Virus record (IMG/VR): IMGVR_UViG_3300023105_003457
Coordinates: 1-64,000 of that record
DNA length: 64,000 nt
Strand: one strand, 5' to 3'
DNA from: a virus
Taxonomy: Duplodnaviria > Caudoviricetes
This document shows, piece by piece, positions 38,239-47,011 of the stretch. The notes below the pieces were generated by a model. It was not told the DNA's origin, did not search any database, and saw only the letters and a list, made by a program, of their open reading frames with translations. The first letter of the stretch is position 1; each line of letters starts with the position of its first letter. Both the position numbers and the translations under genes were made by a program.

Positions 38239-38735
38239 AGAAGGTTGGTTTAGACTTCTTCTTTAATAGAGAAGATGATTGGGGAGCCAACTACAACAAC
38301 ATGGACTTCTATATGTACAATGTCCAAAGGCTTAGATGGCTTTTGGTCGATGCGGACTACCTAGAAGGCAACCCATTTGCTAAATGCGTGGACCTAGACA
38401 CATTAGAGATCAAGGACCAAGCAAGGTTCCAAAGCCTGCAGGAGAGGGATCACGATGCCCTAGTTGAAATGGTCGAGGACAAAGGTTGGGATTGGTTAGG
38501 CGATGACTTTGATCACATGGAAGCCTATCTATCCTTTATCATGCAACATGATAGAGCATTCTGTTATAGTGTAAAGGGTGAAGGATACAAATGCGACAGC
38601 GATTACCTACACATCGAGACTTGGAGCATACCAGAGAAGTTCCTCGAGAGTGATGCTCTGCGTGATGCCTACATTGCTGGATCCTCTAATGAAAGTGGCG
38701 ACTACCATATGGATTCCGAGAGTCACGGCTGGTAA
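38235..38735 (+). CDS. early acidic hypothetical protein
   Basis: ATGA overlap; 166 aa. Confidence 0.7.
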   Translation: MKKVGLDFFFNREDDWGANYNNMDFYMYNVQRLRWLLVDADYLEGNPFAKCVDLDTLEIKDQARFQSLQERDHDALVEMVEDKGWDWLGDDFDHMEAYLSFIMQHDRAFCYSVKGEGYKCDSDYLHIETWSIPEKFLESDALRDAYIAGSSNESGDYHMDSESHGW

Positions 38736-38795
38736 TTTTTTGGTTGACAACTGGTAAAACCGGTGCTATACTGTAAGCATAATAAGGAGAGCGAA

Positions 38796-38990
38796 ATGAA
38801 ACAATTGAAAACATATTTGGGATTCTTTTTTATCGTAGCAGGAATCATTATGATGGCTGGCTCAGCAGGCGACTGTGATGGTGCTTGTATGGAGAACGCT
38901 AATACGATAGGCGAGATGCTAATGATTGCATTCATTGGTCTATGCTTGTTTGGCACAGGCGCATTCATAGCCATTTCAAGTGAAAAATAA
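38796..38990 (+). CDS. small two-TM protein
   Basis: promoter, AAGGAG SD; GSAGDCDGAC loop. Confidence 0.65.
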   Translation: MKQLKTYLGFFFIVAGIIMMAGSAGDCDGACMENANTIGEMLMIAFIGLCLFGTGAFIAISSEK

Positions 38991-39054
38991 TGGTTGACAA
39001 TACCGGTAATTCCGTGTATACTGTATATATAAATTGAAACAAAAGGAGCGATAA

Positions 39055-39567
39055 ATGGCTACAAGAGCACGAATTGGTCTACAGCAAGACAACGGCACAA
39101 TCATTGCCGCATATCAACATTGGGATGGTTATCCGGGTGGCTTAGGTTATACCCTATGCGAACACTGGGAAGATCCTGCAAAGGTAGAAGAAGGCATCCG
39201 ACTAGGCGATGCTTCTAATTGGAAATACATCGTAGGCACGAAGGTAGACTTCGACGATAGGAATGATCCTATGCACGATGTCCAAAATGTCTACTACGGC
39301 AGAGACAGAGGCGAAAAGAATGTAGGCTTCCGTACTTACAAAGACGAAGCAGAGTTCATTGCTGAAGGCTTTAACACAGGTGAAGAATACATTTACCTAA
39401 TGAAGAACACAGGTAAGAAGGATTACTTAGGCAAAGCAATAGGCGAATGGTTCTATTGTGCATACGACAAAAAGTTCTTTATCGAACTAGAGGAGGTTGC
39501 TATTAACGAGCATATCGAAATGCTCAAGCGACACCTAGAGTTGATGAAGCAACAGAAGGCGGCGTAA
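39055..39567 (+). CDS. early hypothetical protein
   Basis: MATRARIG...YQHWDGYP..LG..L motif; ends QKAA. Confidence 0.75.
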   Translation: MATRARIGLQQDNGTIIAAYQHWDGYPGGLGYTLCEHWEDPAKVEEGIRLGDASNWKYIVGTKVDFDDRNDPMHDVQNVYYGRDRGEKNVGFRTYKDEAEFIAEGFNTGEEYIYLMKNTGKKDYLGKAIGEWFYCAYDKKFFIELEEVAINEHIEMLKRHLELMKQQKAA

Positions 39568-39636
39568 ACCGAAATTATCAGCAAAGGCTTCGGGGTATAG
39601 TTAAATAATAGCACACTATACCCCGGAGGATAACAA

Positions 39637-39984
39637 ATGACAACAGAGTTTCAACATCAGCGAATTCAAGTGCCAACAGGCATTGAAACAAATGAAAACG
39701 GTATCGTTGAGGCTGTGTGGGAAAGTCGTTTGGTGACCAGTTTGGAAGAATTGAAACAGGCCAATGCTGATATTAAGGCATTCCAGGAAAAGCATGGCGC
39801 TCGTAAGTTCAAGAACGCTACGAAGATCTTGGATAAGTTTGGATTGTCTGTAAAGGTGGCGAACACTGATCTTCCAGATGTGAAAGAACACAAACGGAAT
39901 CACCCGCACACCAAACCAAGAGCATTCATGGGCCCGAACTATGTTCCGGAAGACACTCATGATAATCATTTGGACAAGAAGTAA
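39637..39984 (+). CDS. hypothetical protein, probably late-expressed
   Basis: GGAGG SD partly inside an upstream hairpin whose loop holds TAAATA. Confidence 0.65.
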   Translation: MTTEFQHQRIQVPTGIETNENGIVEAVWESRLVTSLEELKQANADIKAFQEKHGARKFKNATKILDKFGLSVKVANTDLPDVKEHKRNHPHTKPRAFMGPNYVPEDTHDNHLDKK

Positions 39985-40088
39985 TTTTGGACAAAGTTTT
40001 TGGTTGACAGATTGGCCAAACTGTGCTATTATATAATCACAATGAGAGATCATTGTATTTTTAATAACTCAAAATAGGAAAGGCAGTT

Positions 40089-40388
40089 ATGACAAACAAG
40101 ACGTTCAAATATGCAGGTGTATCAACCAGCAATGGCAAAACTAAAATTAGGTTTGCAAACGATATCATGAGAATCAAAGTTCTGGATAAGAATGGTCACG
40201 AAGGCGTGAACATCAAAGAACTTCCTACAGAGATGTTGAAAGGTGATGCTGTTAAGCACTTATCTTCAATCGGATTTGCAGGCGAAGATTCAAACATCAA
40301 AGCGGCTCTAGATAAAGCGGCTAAGAAGTATGGTGTAAGTCTTACACAACCTGCAGTTGAAACAGAATCAACTGTAAATGTTGCGTAA
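40089..40388 (+). CDS. hypothetical protein
   Basis: F.YAGVS...G..KIRFAND..R.KVL.K.GH motif; own promoter. Confidence 0.7.
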   Translation: MTNKTFKYAGVSTSNGKTKIRFANDIMRIKVLDKNGHEGVNIKELPTEMLKGDAVKHLSSIGFAGEDSNIKAALDKAAKKYGVSLTQPAVETESTVNVA

Positions 40389-40605
40389 TTACATCACAGC
40401 ACTTGTGGTAGTGGGGGCATTGATTGTCCCCACCCACGCTTATTCATTTGATTTGCTCACTGTAATTAAGAGGGCAATTCAAATCAATAACATCAACAAC
40501 AACCTCGATCGGTTGAACCTCCCACAGGAACTAGAAAAGATAGCCATAAAAACTGTGGAAAATTATCCTAAGCAAAGAGAAAGAAATAAGGTTGACAATA
40601 GGTAA
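40378..40605 (+). CDS. exported small protein
   Basis: signal peptide ending AYS. Confidence 0.55.
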   Translation: MLRNYITALVVVGALIVPTHAYSFDLLTVIKRAIQINNINNNLDRLNLPQELEKIAIKTVENYPKQRERNKVDNR

Positions 40606-40654
40606 AACCGGTGCTATAATATAAGAACAATTAAACAAAGCAAAGGAGCGAGCG

Positions 40655-41257
40655 ATGCCAAATTGGTGCAACAACACAATCAGGCTAACAGGGCCTAAAG
40701 AAAAGATCAAATCAATATTCGACAAAGCAAAAGAGTCGAATCAATTTCTACAACAACTACATCCTATGCCTGCAGAACTAGAAGGCACAACTTCACCAGC
40801 GCCTAAAGACGGAGAGCCACAACCGTTGGTAGATGGACACGACAACTGGTATGACTGGAGAGTTGACAACTGGGCAACCAAGTGGGATGTTGATATGGAC
40901 GGATTGGAACTTGTGGAGAACGATGACTCCGCAACCATCCAGGGTTGGTTCGATAGTGCATGGTCACCACCAACAGGTGCTTACGGGTATTTCCTAGCAA
41001 AGAATGAGGATTGCAGTATTCACTCTTACTTCTACGAAGGTGGTATGGACTTTGCAGGTGAATGGGATGACGGTTGTGATACAACGATCAATCCTAGCGA
41101 GTATAACGCGGACCAGATGGAAGATCCTAACGCTGGACTCATCTATGAACTCAACGAACACTTTGGTTTCTCGGATTGGGTGCGTGAGTATGAAGAAGAA
41201 CAGAAAACAGATACAGAGAAGTTCATTGTAGACAAGGAGCCAGTCAATGTCGGATAA
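40655..41257 (+). CDS. DUF1281/YubB ferredoxin-like domain protein
   Basis: MPNWCNN, WYDWR..NW.TKW, FDSAWSPP, YEGGMDFAG. Confidence 0.8.
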   Translation: MPNWCNNTIRLTGPKEKIKSIFDKAKESNQFLQQLHPMPAELEGTTSPAPKDGEPQPLVDGHDNWYDWRVDNWATKWDVDMDGLELVENDDSATIQGWFDSAWSPPTGAYGYFLAKNEDCSIHSYFYEGGMDFAGEWDDGCDTTINPSEYNADQMEDPNAGLIYELNEHFGFSDWVREYEEEQKTDTEKFIVDKEPVNVG

Positions 41258-41645
41258 CCTACCTAAGGATTTCAAAGACATGGAAGATGACGCAATCGTT
41301 GGAGAGGACAGTCGTTCTCTCCAACTGACCCACTATGTGTTGGCTGAGCGTTTGATGCAATGTGAATACGCTATCATCGCCAAAGAGATCGTAGAGCAAC
41401 CATGCAGTGACACGCTCATCTATATCTTAGAAGGCGGCCTCCGAGGCTACCACAAATGCACAGCAGGTGAACTGTGGAGTGAATGGAAGGATGGTGCCGA
41501 GGACAAGTGGTACGAGATGTATGAAGATGGCACCCTGCCATGGGAGGTCTTCGAAGACGATCCTATTCTCTCACTAGAAGAAGATGAGAATGGTGAAGTT
41601 GCAACCTACGGTAAGCGTTTGACTGATGCTTTTGGGCACGAATAA
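41247..41645 (+). CDS. acidic hypothetical protein
   Basis: AAGGAG SD; coupled. Confidence 0.65.
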   Translation: MSDNLPKDFKDMEDDAIVGEDSRSLQLTHYVLAERLMQCEYAIIAKEIVEQPCSDTLIYILEGGLRGYHKCTAGELWSEWKDGAEDKWYEMYEDGTLPWEVFEDDPILSLEEDENGEVATYGKRLTDAFGHE

Positions 41646-41870
41646 AAACGGTTGACAAAACCGGTATTGTCTGTTATACTGTAAGTATAAACAATAAAGA
41701 AAGCGAGGCAATATGAAGTTTGAATTTGATTACAGCAAAATGTCGGACGAAGAAGTAGTGATGACATATAACGCAGTGATGGCTAACGCTTACTTAGGTG
41801 ACGAATGTGCGTTAGAAGATGAAATGGAAAAGCGTGGCTTAGACGCAGACAGTTTTAGCGGAGAGTACTA

Positions 41871-42086
41871 ATGGCGACGAATTTGGAAAGCAGAACACAG
41901 GGTGTAGCATTGACACGCTTTTGGGGCGGTGCAGAACGCGGAACCTGTGTGCAAGTTAATGCTCGAAAATGGCAAGGTCATGTGCAGTTGACACGCGAAC
42001 AAGCGGCTGAATTGGCACATGATTTGATGGCTTTTGCTGACGGTTTGGAAACTGAAGAGTGGTGCAGAGGCGCAGAAAAATATTAA
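41871..42086 (+). CDS. hypothetical protein
   Basis: TRFWGG..RG.CVQ motif; GGAG SD. Confidence 0.65.
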   Translation: MATNLESRTQGVALTRFWGGAERGTCVQVNARKWQGHVQLTREQAAELAHDLMAFADGLETEEWCRGAEKY

Positions 42087-42165
42087 AAAAAGTTGAAAAA
42101 AATGGTTGACATTTTGGACAGCGATGCTATACTATATGTATAGTAAGAAATAAGGAGCGAACAAT

Positions 42166-42501
42166 ATGAACACTTTTATCGTCACTACACAGGGTTTAGA
42201 AAACTACGGCGCACACGCAGAGAGCGGTAAGTTCTCCGATGGGCAGAACTATTGGAAGTTCAAGTCGGGCACTGACTACATGGTCACTGGCCTCGAGCGT
42301 CCTGCGGATGCTATGGCGTTCGTTGCCGCAATTGGCATCGAGAACGGCATTGGTTGGAAAGAGTTCCCAAGCCATGTGCAGACTCTTGAGGACTTCGAGA
42401 GTGAGTTCGATATGACCGATGAGTTCGATAAAGAGCACTTCGAGTTCAAGATGAAGTATATGCAGAAGGTCGACCCTCGAACCTACAAGAAGGCAGCCTA
42501 A
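42166..42501 (+). CDS. early hypothetical protein
   Basis: TQ.LENYGAH...YWKFK.G motif; ends KKAA. Confidence 0.75.
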   Translation: MNTFIVTTQGLENYGAHAESGKFSDGQNYWKFKSGTDYMVTGLERPADAMAFVAAIGIENGIGWKEFPSHVQTLEDFESEFDMTDEFDKEHFEFKMKYMQKVDPRTYKKAA

Positions 42502-42719
42502 TGGAGTATCGTGGATACACCTACGTGGAGGACCTGCAGGAGGAGGATGACAACCGTAAGATCTTCCACGAGATCGAGAGAGAGGATGGCTCCCGTGTTG
42601 AGTGGAGTCGAATCCCTCAGGAGTTCATCCAAATATCTCCATATCGATCAGCAACACGCGAAGAGTTCGAACGTGCTGTGGACCATGTATTTTTTATGGA
42701 TTTAACGGTTGACAAGTAA
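42501..42719 (+). CDS. hypothetical protein
   Basis: TAATG coupling; EEDDNRKIFH. Confidence 0.65.
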   Translation: MEYRGYTYVEDLQEEDDNRKIFHEIEREDGSRVEWSRIPQEFIQISPYRSATREEFERAVDHVFFMDLTVDK

Positions 42720-42760
42720 GCATAAGATGCTATACTATATAGATAATGAAGGAGCGAACA

Positions 42761-42991
42761 ATGTTAAAATTAGCGTATTGCGATAAGATTGCTGACAGCA
42801 TTCAAAAGGCTTTAAAGCAAACTGATCCGGATGGTATAATTAAAGAAGTGAGCAAGATCGAATGGGACTTGCATCCAACAGAGGGTTATTTCATTTCACC
42901 TAAGAAAATGATGACTGTGCATGACATGAACGGTAAGGCTTATGTTGTCACAATTGAAGAAGCACCAGTGCTTGATAAGGAGACGTTGTAA
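42761..42991 (+). CDS. early hypothetical protein
   Basis: promoter plus AAGGAGCGA RBS. Confidence 0.65.
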   Translation: MLKLAYCDKIADSIQKALKQTDPDGIIKEVSKIEWDLHPTEGYFISPKKMMTVHDMNGKAYVVTIEEAPVLDKETL

Positions 42992-43200
42992 TGATTGATC
43001 CGTTTGAAAAGGTAAAGACGTTCGAAGACCTGATTGATGAAATCGAACAGAACGATACTTCAGATGATGTGTTCTCTGATATGGACAGCATTGAAGAAAT
43101 GCAGGACGAAGAATTTGGAGAATTTTCAGGCGTCGAAGGTATTGACAATTACGACGACTGGAATTAAAATAATAATATAAACTGTTAACAAGGAGCGAAA

Positions 43201-44241
43201 ATGAAAACAGCACTAATTCAATTTAATGAGGGTACGTACAAGATCCGAGGCAACGACATGAGTGTGTCAGGTCTTAAGTTTCCTCTAATCCAACATTTCA
43301 AAGATGGCAAGAACGGCGCCTACGTCACAGTTGACGGCGCGGCACAGCCAGGCTTTCCAGAGCGTAGTATACGTATCAAAGTAGAGAGCCCACAGAGTTA
43401 TGAAATCGTTGACAGCAACTTTGATCAGGTCAAGCAGGATGCATTAAAAGCAAGTGTCAAGGACACAGAAACTGATGAGCAGATCATGGAACGTATTGGT
43501 AAACGTTTTGAAATTCTAGACGAGATGACTCGTGCCAGTAAGGAAGGTAATGTACGTGCAATGATCGTAAGTGGCCCTCCAGGAGTTGGTAAGTCATACG
43601 GTGTTGAACAGCAACTTGAAAAGGATTCACTGTTTGATGATGTATCAGGACACAAGAGACGATATGAGATCGTTAAGGGTGCAATGTCAGCAATTGGACT
43701 CTATGCTAAGTTGTTCAAGTACAGCGATCCAAAGAACGTAGTTGTGTTTGATGACTGTGACTCGATCCTACTAGATGACATCAGTCTGAACATTCTTAAG
43801 GCCGCACTGGACACTAGTAAGAAACGATACATTAGTTGGAACACTGATTCGCGTTTACTGCGTTCAGAAGGTATTCCAGATCGTTTTGAATTCAAAGGTT
43901 CAGCGATCTTTATTACAAACATCAAGTTTGAAAACGTGCGATCCAAGAAACTTAAAGATCACTTGGAAGCACTTGAATCACGTTGTCATTATGTTGACCT
44001 AACAATTGACACAGAACGTGAGAAGATGTTGCGTATCAAGCAGATTGTGCGTGACGGTATGCTCGAAGAGTATGATATGCCTCAAGAGCGTAAAGACGAC
44101 GTGGTAGAGTTCATTGATGAGAACAGAACTCGACTACGTGAATTGAGTTTGCGAACAGTACTTAAATGTGCTGACCTCGCTAAAAGTTTCCCTTCAAATT
44201 GGAGGGATTACGCGGCGACCACTGTGTTAAGAGCCTCTTAA
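43201..44241 (+). CDS. AAA+ family ATPase
   Basis: Walker A GPPGVGKS, Walker B VVVFDDCD, FITN, ALESR arginine finger. Confidence 0.85.
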   Translation: MKTALIQFNEGTYKIRGNDMSVSGLKFPLIQHFKDGKNGAYVTVDGAAQPGFPERSIRIKVESPQSYEIVDSNFDQVKQDALKASVKDTETDEQIMERIGKRFEILDEMTRASKEGNVRAMIVSGPPGVGKSYGVEQQLEKDSLFDDVSGHKRRYEIVKGAMSAIGLYAKLFKYSDPKNVVVFDDCDSILLDDISLNILKAALDTSKKRYISWNTDSRLLRSEGIPDRFEFKGSAIFITNIKFENVRSKKLKDHLEALESRCHYVDLTIDTEREKMLRIKQIVRDGMLEEYDMPQERKDDVVEFIDENRTRLRELSLRTVLKCADLAKSFPSNWRDYAATTVLRAS

Positions 44242-44281
44242 TCTCTTACCCTCGCTCAAAGGGGCTCAGTCGCGTTAACTT

Positions 44282-44325
44282 AGGGCAGTACTGGAATTCG
44301 CTCCTCTGGTACTGCCCTTCCTTTT
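44282..44325 (+). terminator. terminator-like hairpin with anti-RBS loop
   Basis: AGGGCAGTAC/GTACTGCCCT stem then TCCTTTT; loop region carries TTCGCTCCT. Confidence 0.65.
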
Positions 44326-44425
44326 GGCCACAAAATCAGTGACAAATTAATTGGAAAAACCGGTTGACAAACATCCAAAGTGAGCCTATAATATATGTAT
44401 AAGTTAAACAAAAGGAGCGAAACTT

Positions 44426-44767
44426 ATGACACAGGTAGCAGTAATTCATTCAGCATTTTCGGACAAGCACAATCCACACGTGGTAGCATTTGTAGAGGCT
44501 GGTGAGCGTACGGGCACTGAAGCATTGGAGTACGCATATCGCGTGACACAGAACATTGAGGGTTCATGGAGCAAGGGTCCTACATTTGAATGGGAAGGTG
44601 AAACACACACCAACCCAGACTTCAACCCAGACATCACAGTAATGGTTCCACTTACACTTACTCCGGAAGGCAAGGAGTACGGATTGCGTTCAACTTCAAT
44701 GGGCGACCAGATGCTGTTGGGCACAGACAAATATGAAGTAGCCGCATTTGGCTTTGACAAACTATAA
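44426..44767 (+). CDS. early hypothetical protein
   Basis: LEYAYR.TQNI.GSWS...GLRSTSMGD; promoter plus AAGGAGCGA. Confidence 0.75.
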   Translation: MTQVAVIHSAFSDKHNPHVVAFVEAGERTGTEALEYAYRVTQNIEGSWSKGPTFEWEGETHTNPDFNPDITVMVPLTLTPEGKEYGLRSTSMGDQMLLGTDKYEVAAFGFDKL

Positions 44768-44776
44768 GGAGCGAAC

Positions 44777-45046
44777 GTGAAATTATCCAAAAAGAAACTA
44801 TTCAAAGCACTGGATCTATTCTTCAACACTGAAGCATATAGCACAGATGGATTGAATGCAAAGGGCATTGGTGATGAGACCTACGGTCGAGACAGTCGTA
44901 TATACGTAGACACTAAAGGCAAACGAGGCGAATTGGAACGCTTCTTGCGTGGCTTAGGCTTTACTGTCAACACCAATTACAGCAAGGGCAGTGACTTCAC
45001 AGAAGTCTGTGTATCCTATTTCAAGGGCCGACACTGGGACGAATAA
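44777..45046 (+). CDS. early hypothetical protein
   Basis: AAGGAGCGA-GTG start. Confidence 0.65.
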   Translation: MKLSKKKLFKALDLFFNTEAYSTDGLNAKGIGDETYGRDSRIYVDTKGKRGELERFLRGLGFTVNTNYSKGSDFTEVCVSYFKGRHWDE

Positions 45047-45111
45047 GGGGTTGACACAAACCCAAAGTGACTGTATTATATACTTACAAACTACAAAACA
45101 AGGAGCGATAT

Positions 45112-45519
45112 ATGTTAAATTCAGCAACAGGTACAATGGCAACAGTAGCACAAGACATCAAGCAGTATACAGCAGATGACATACGTGCTATCAAAGCAGA
45201 AGCAGTAAGCGAAGCAAAGAAAGCAGTAGCCAAGTTCCTAGCAGAGTGGACAGAGAGCACAGGTGGCAATGAGTATGGTGAGCCTATGTATTGTGGCTTT
45301 GCTTGGACTAACATCTACAACATCAAAGGCAATACTCGACTAGGTAAAGCATTCAAAGCCGCTGGCATTGAAAAGGATTACAGTGGTGCGTATAGCATTT
45401 GGGATCCTGCAGAGCACAGAGGACAGAGCATGGATGCTAAAGAAGTAGGTGCACAGGCTTGTGCAGATGTGTTCCGCAAGTATGGCTTTACTGCGTATAT
45501 GGGTAGCAGAGCAGACTAA
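45112..45519 (+). CDS. early hypothetical protein
   Basis: CGFAW...QS.D.KE.GA.A.A.V...G.....SR.D motif; last gene of island. Confidence 0.75.
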   Translation: MLNSATGTMATVAQDIKQYTADDIRAIKAEAVSEAKKAVAKFLAEWTESTGGNEYGEPMYCGFAWTNIYNIKGNTRLGKAFKAAGIEKDYSGAYSIWDPAEHRGQSMDAKEVGAQACADVFRKYGFTAYMGSRAD

Positions 45520-45547
45520 TCGCAAACGGTTCGCGAACGTTTGGAAA

Positions 45548-45577
45548 TGAGCGGCAGAGATGTCGCTCATTTTTTTT
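45548..45577 (+). terminator. intrinsic terminator ending early island
   Basis: TGAGCGGCA-gaga-TGTCGCTCA followed by T8. Confidence 0.75.
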
Positions 45578-46006
45578 GGCTGAAGAATCTTTTTTGAAAA
45601 TAAAAAAGGCGAGGGGCTTTATATATAAAACCATGGTGATGCAGAATCACCAGGCAGGAGAAAAAATGAAATTTAAAAAAATTGTAGCAGAAAATTTTAC
45701 ATACTATATACCCCTCTCTAAACAAGGTATTTGAATCGTTTGTATAACTAGTATTTTGGAATGCGTAAACAGTGTACATACTATCCAAAACTTCCTCTAA
45801 CACAGTATCTACTGCGTACAGGCGCTATATTACCTCTTAAACAGTCTCGGGCAGTCAAACATACTCGTAAGGCTAGTAAGACCCGTGTATGACGCTTATA
45901 TAGCGTTTAAGACACCACTACGCACACACTGTAAAAGCAACCACCCCCCTGTAGAGTAGTGTATTCAAATTTTTTTTGCACAGATTTTTTTTGATTAACT
46001 ATACGT

Positions 46007-46252
46007 ATGGCTGAAGAATACTGCATATACACAAGAGACTTTGATCAAGCACAAGGCTTTATAACAGCACTAAGCAACATGGGTATTAGCATAGAACCAC
46101 ACGCTAATCGTACACGTTTTTGGCTAGACTCAAAAGAGAAAGAACACTACTTGTTTTATCTGCGTTATAGTCACGTGCTACACCGTGTAAAGGAAGTCAC
46201 TGCAAGTACTATAACTGCTATACACGAAAATACTGTTAAATTCAAAGGTTAG
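46007..46252 (+). CDS. hypothetical protein
   Basis: 81-aa ORF, EPHANRTRFW. Confidence 0.55.
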   Translation: MAEEYCIYTRDFDQAQGFITALSNMGISIEPHANRTRFWLDSKEKEHYLFYLRYSHVLHRVKEVTASTITAIHENTVKFKG

Positions 46253-46643
46253 GTGTGTGTACAGCGTATGTTATAAAGTCACGCACAGTGTATATATAAC
46301 GTTCCAAATCAACAAACAGATCCCTATTGTATAGTCGTTCAGTTGTTAAACGACTGTAGGCCATACGTCCAATCTCTGTCTTGTAGTTGCGTTGTGCTAC
46401 ACCTGGATATACACCTGTAAGCCAAAGAGCACTGTCACCCAACAGTTTAGCACCTGTACTGCCTTCCATTTCCATTATGCTTTCTGCATAGGTTTTGCGT
46501 GGTTGGAGGCCGTCTGTCATGCGTTCTGCTAGGATCATTACAGTGTATGCTTTAAGGTGATATGGCAGTGTTAAACCTGTACGATTTTCCGTGTCTTGCA
46601 CGAGATTGGTGAAAGCATCGATGTAGTGTGCATCGGTTCCCAT
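46242..46643 (-). CDS. hypothetical protein
   Basis: 133 aa; LGD.AL.LTGVYP; CATAAATA upstream. Confidence 0.65.
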   Translation of the reverse strand: MGTDAHYIDAFTNLVQDTENRTGLTLPYHLKAYTVMILAERMTDGLQPRKTYAESIMEMEGSTGAKLLGDSALWLTGVYPGVAQRNYKTEIGRMAYSRLTTERLYNRDLFVDLERYIYTVRDFITYAVHTPNL

Positions 46644-46704
46644 AACAGTATTTATGGTGGGAGTAAAACTTTTGACCGCTAACCGCTACGCGGATTGCGT
46701 TGCT

Positions 46705-46756
46705 CTACCGCTACTGCTTCGCAGTCTAGAAAAAATTTCCGCGGACGCTTCGCTTG
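46705..46756 (-). repeat. GAA-triloop hairpin element, right (inverted) copy
   Basis: minus strand CAAGCGAAGC-GTCCGCG-GAAATTTT...CTGC-GAA-GCAG-TAGCGGTAG. Confidence 0.7.
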
Positions 46757-47011
46757 TTTTTGGCTGTTTTGAGCCTATTTCACGGTGTATATGCTTCAGT
46801 GTTTTAAATACTTGTACGAGTTGTTTATTTGAGAGATCAACACACACTCAGTATGTACGTTGCGGTGACACCGTTAAATAGAATTAGGTTGTATAAAACT
46901 TCAATAAACAACTCGATCTACATACACTAGGCTAAATACAGTCTATAAGTTAAACAGTCTGTTTACTATACACCCGCACTAGATTAAATAATTATATAGG
47001 AGGGTGTTATT

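Larger units (their letters stand above)
34541..45080 (+). promoter_or_regulatory. array of ~20 sigma70-type early promoters
   Basis: TTGACA-N16/17-TA(T/A)(A/T)(A/C)T near 34542, 34936, 35158, 35373, 35919, 36524, 36942, 37466, 37998, 38744, 38994, 40004, 40592, 41652, 42106, 42709, 43142, 44364, 45051, plus one on minus strand ~35105-35134. Confidence 0.85.

Noticed and set aside
34541-45080. Repeated GGTTGACAAAACCGG as a CRISPR array or integron attC sites
   Set aside because: Spacing is irregular (200-1300 bp), repeats match sigma70 promoters, and no cas or integrase gene is seen.
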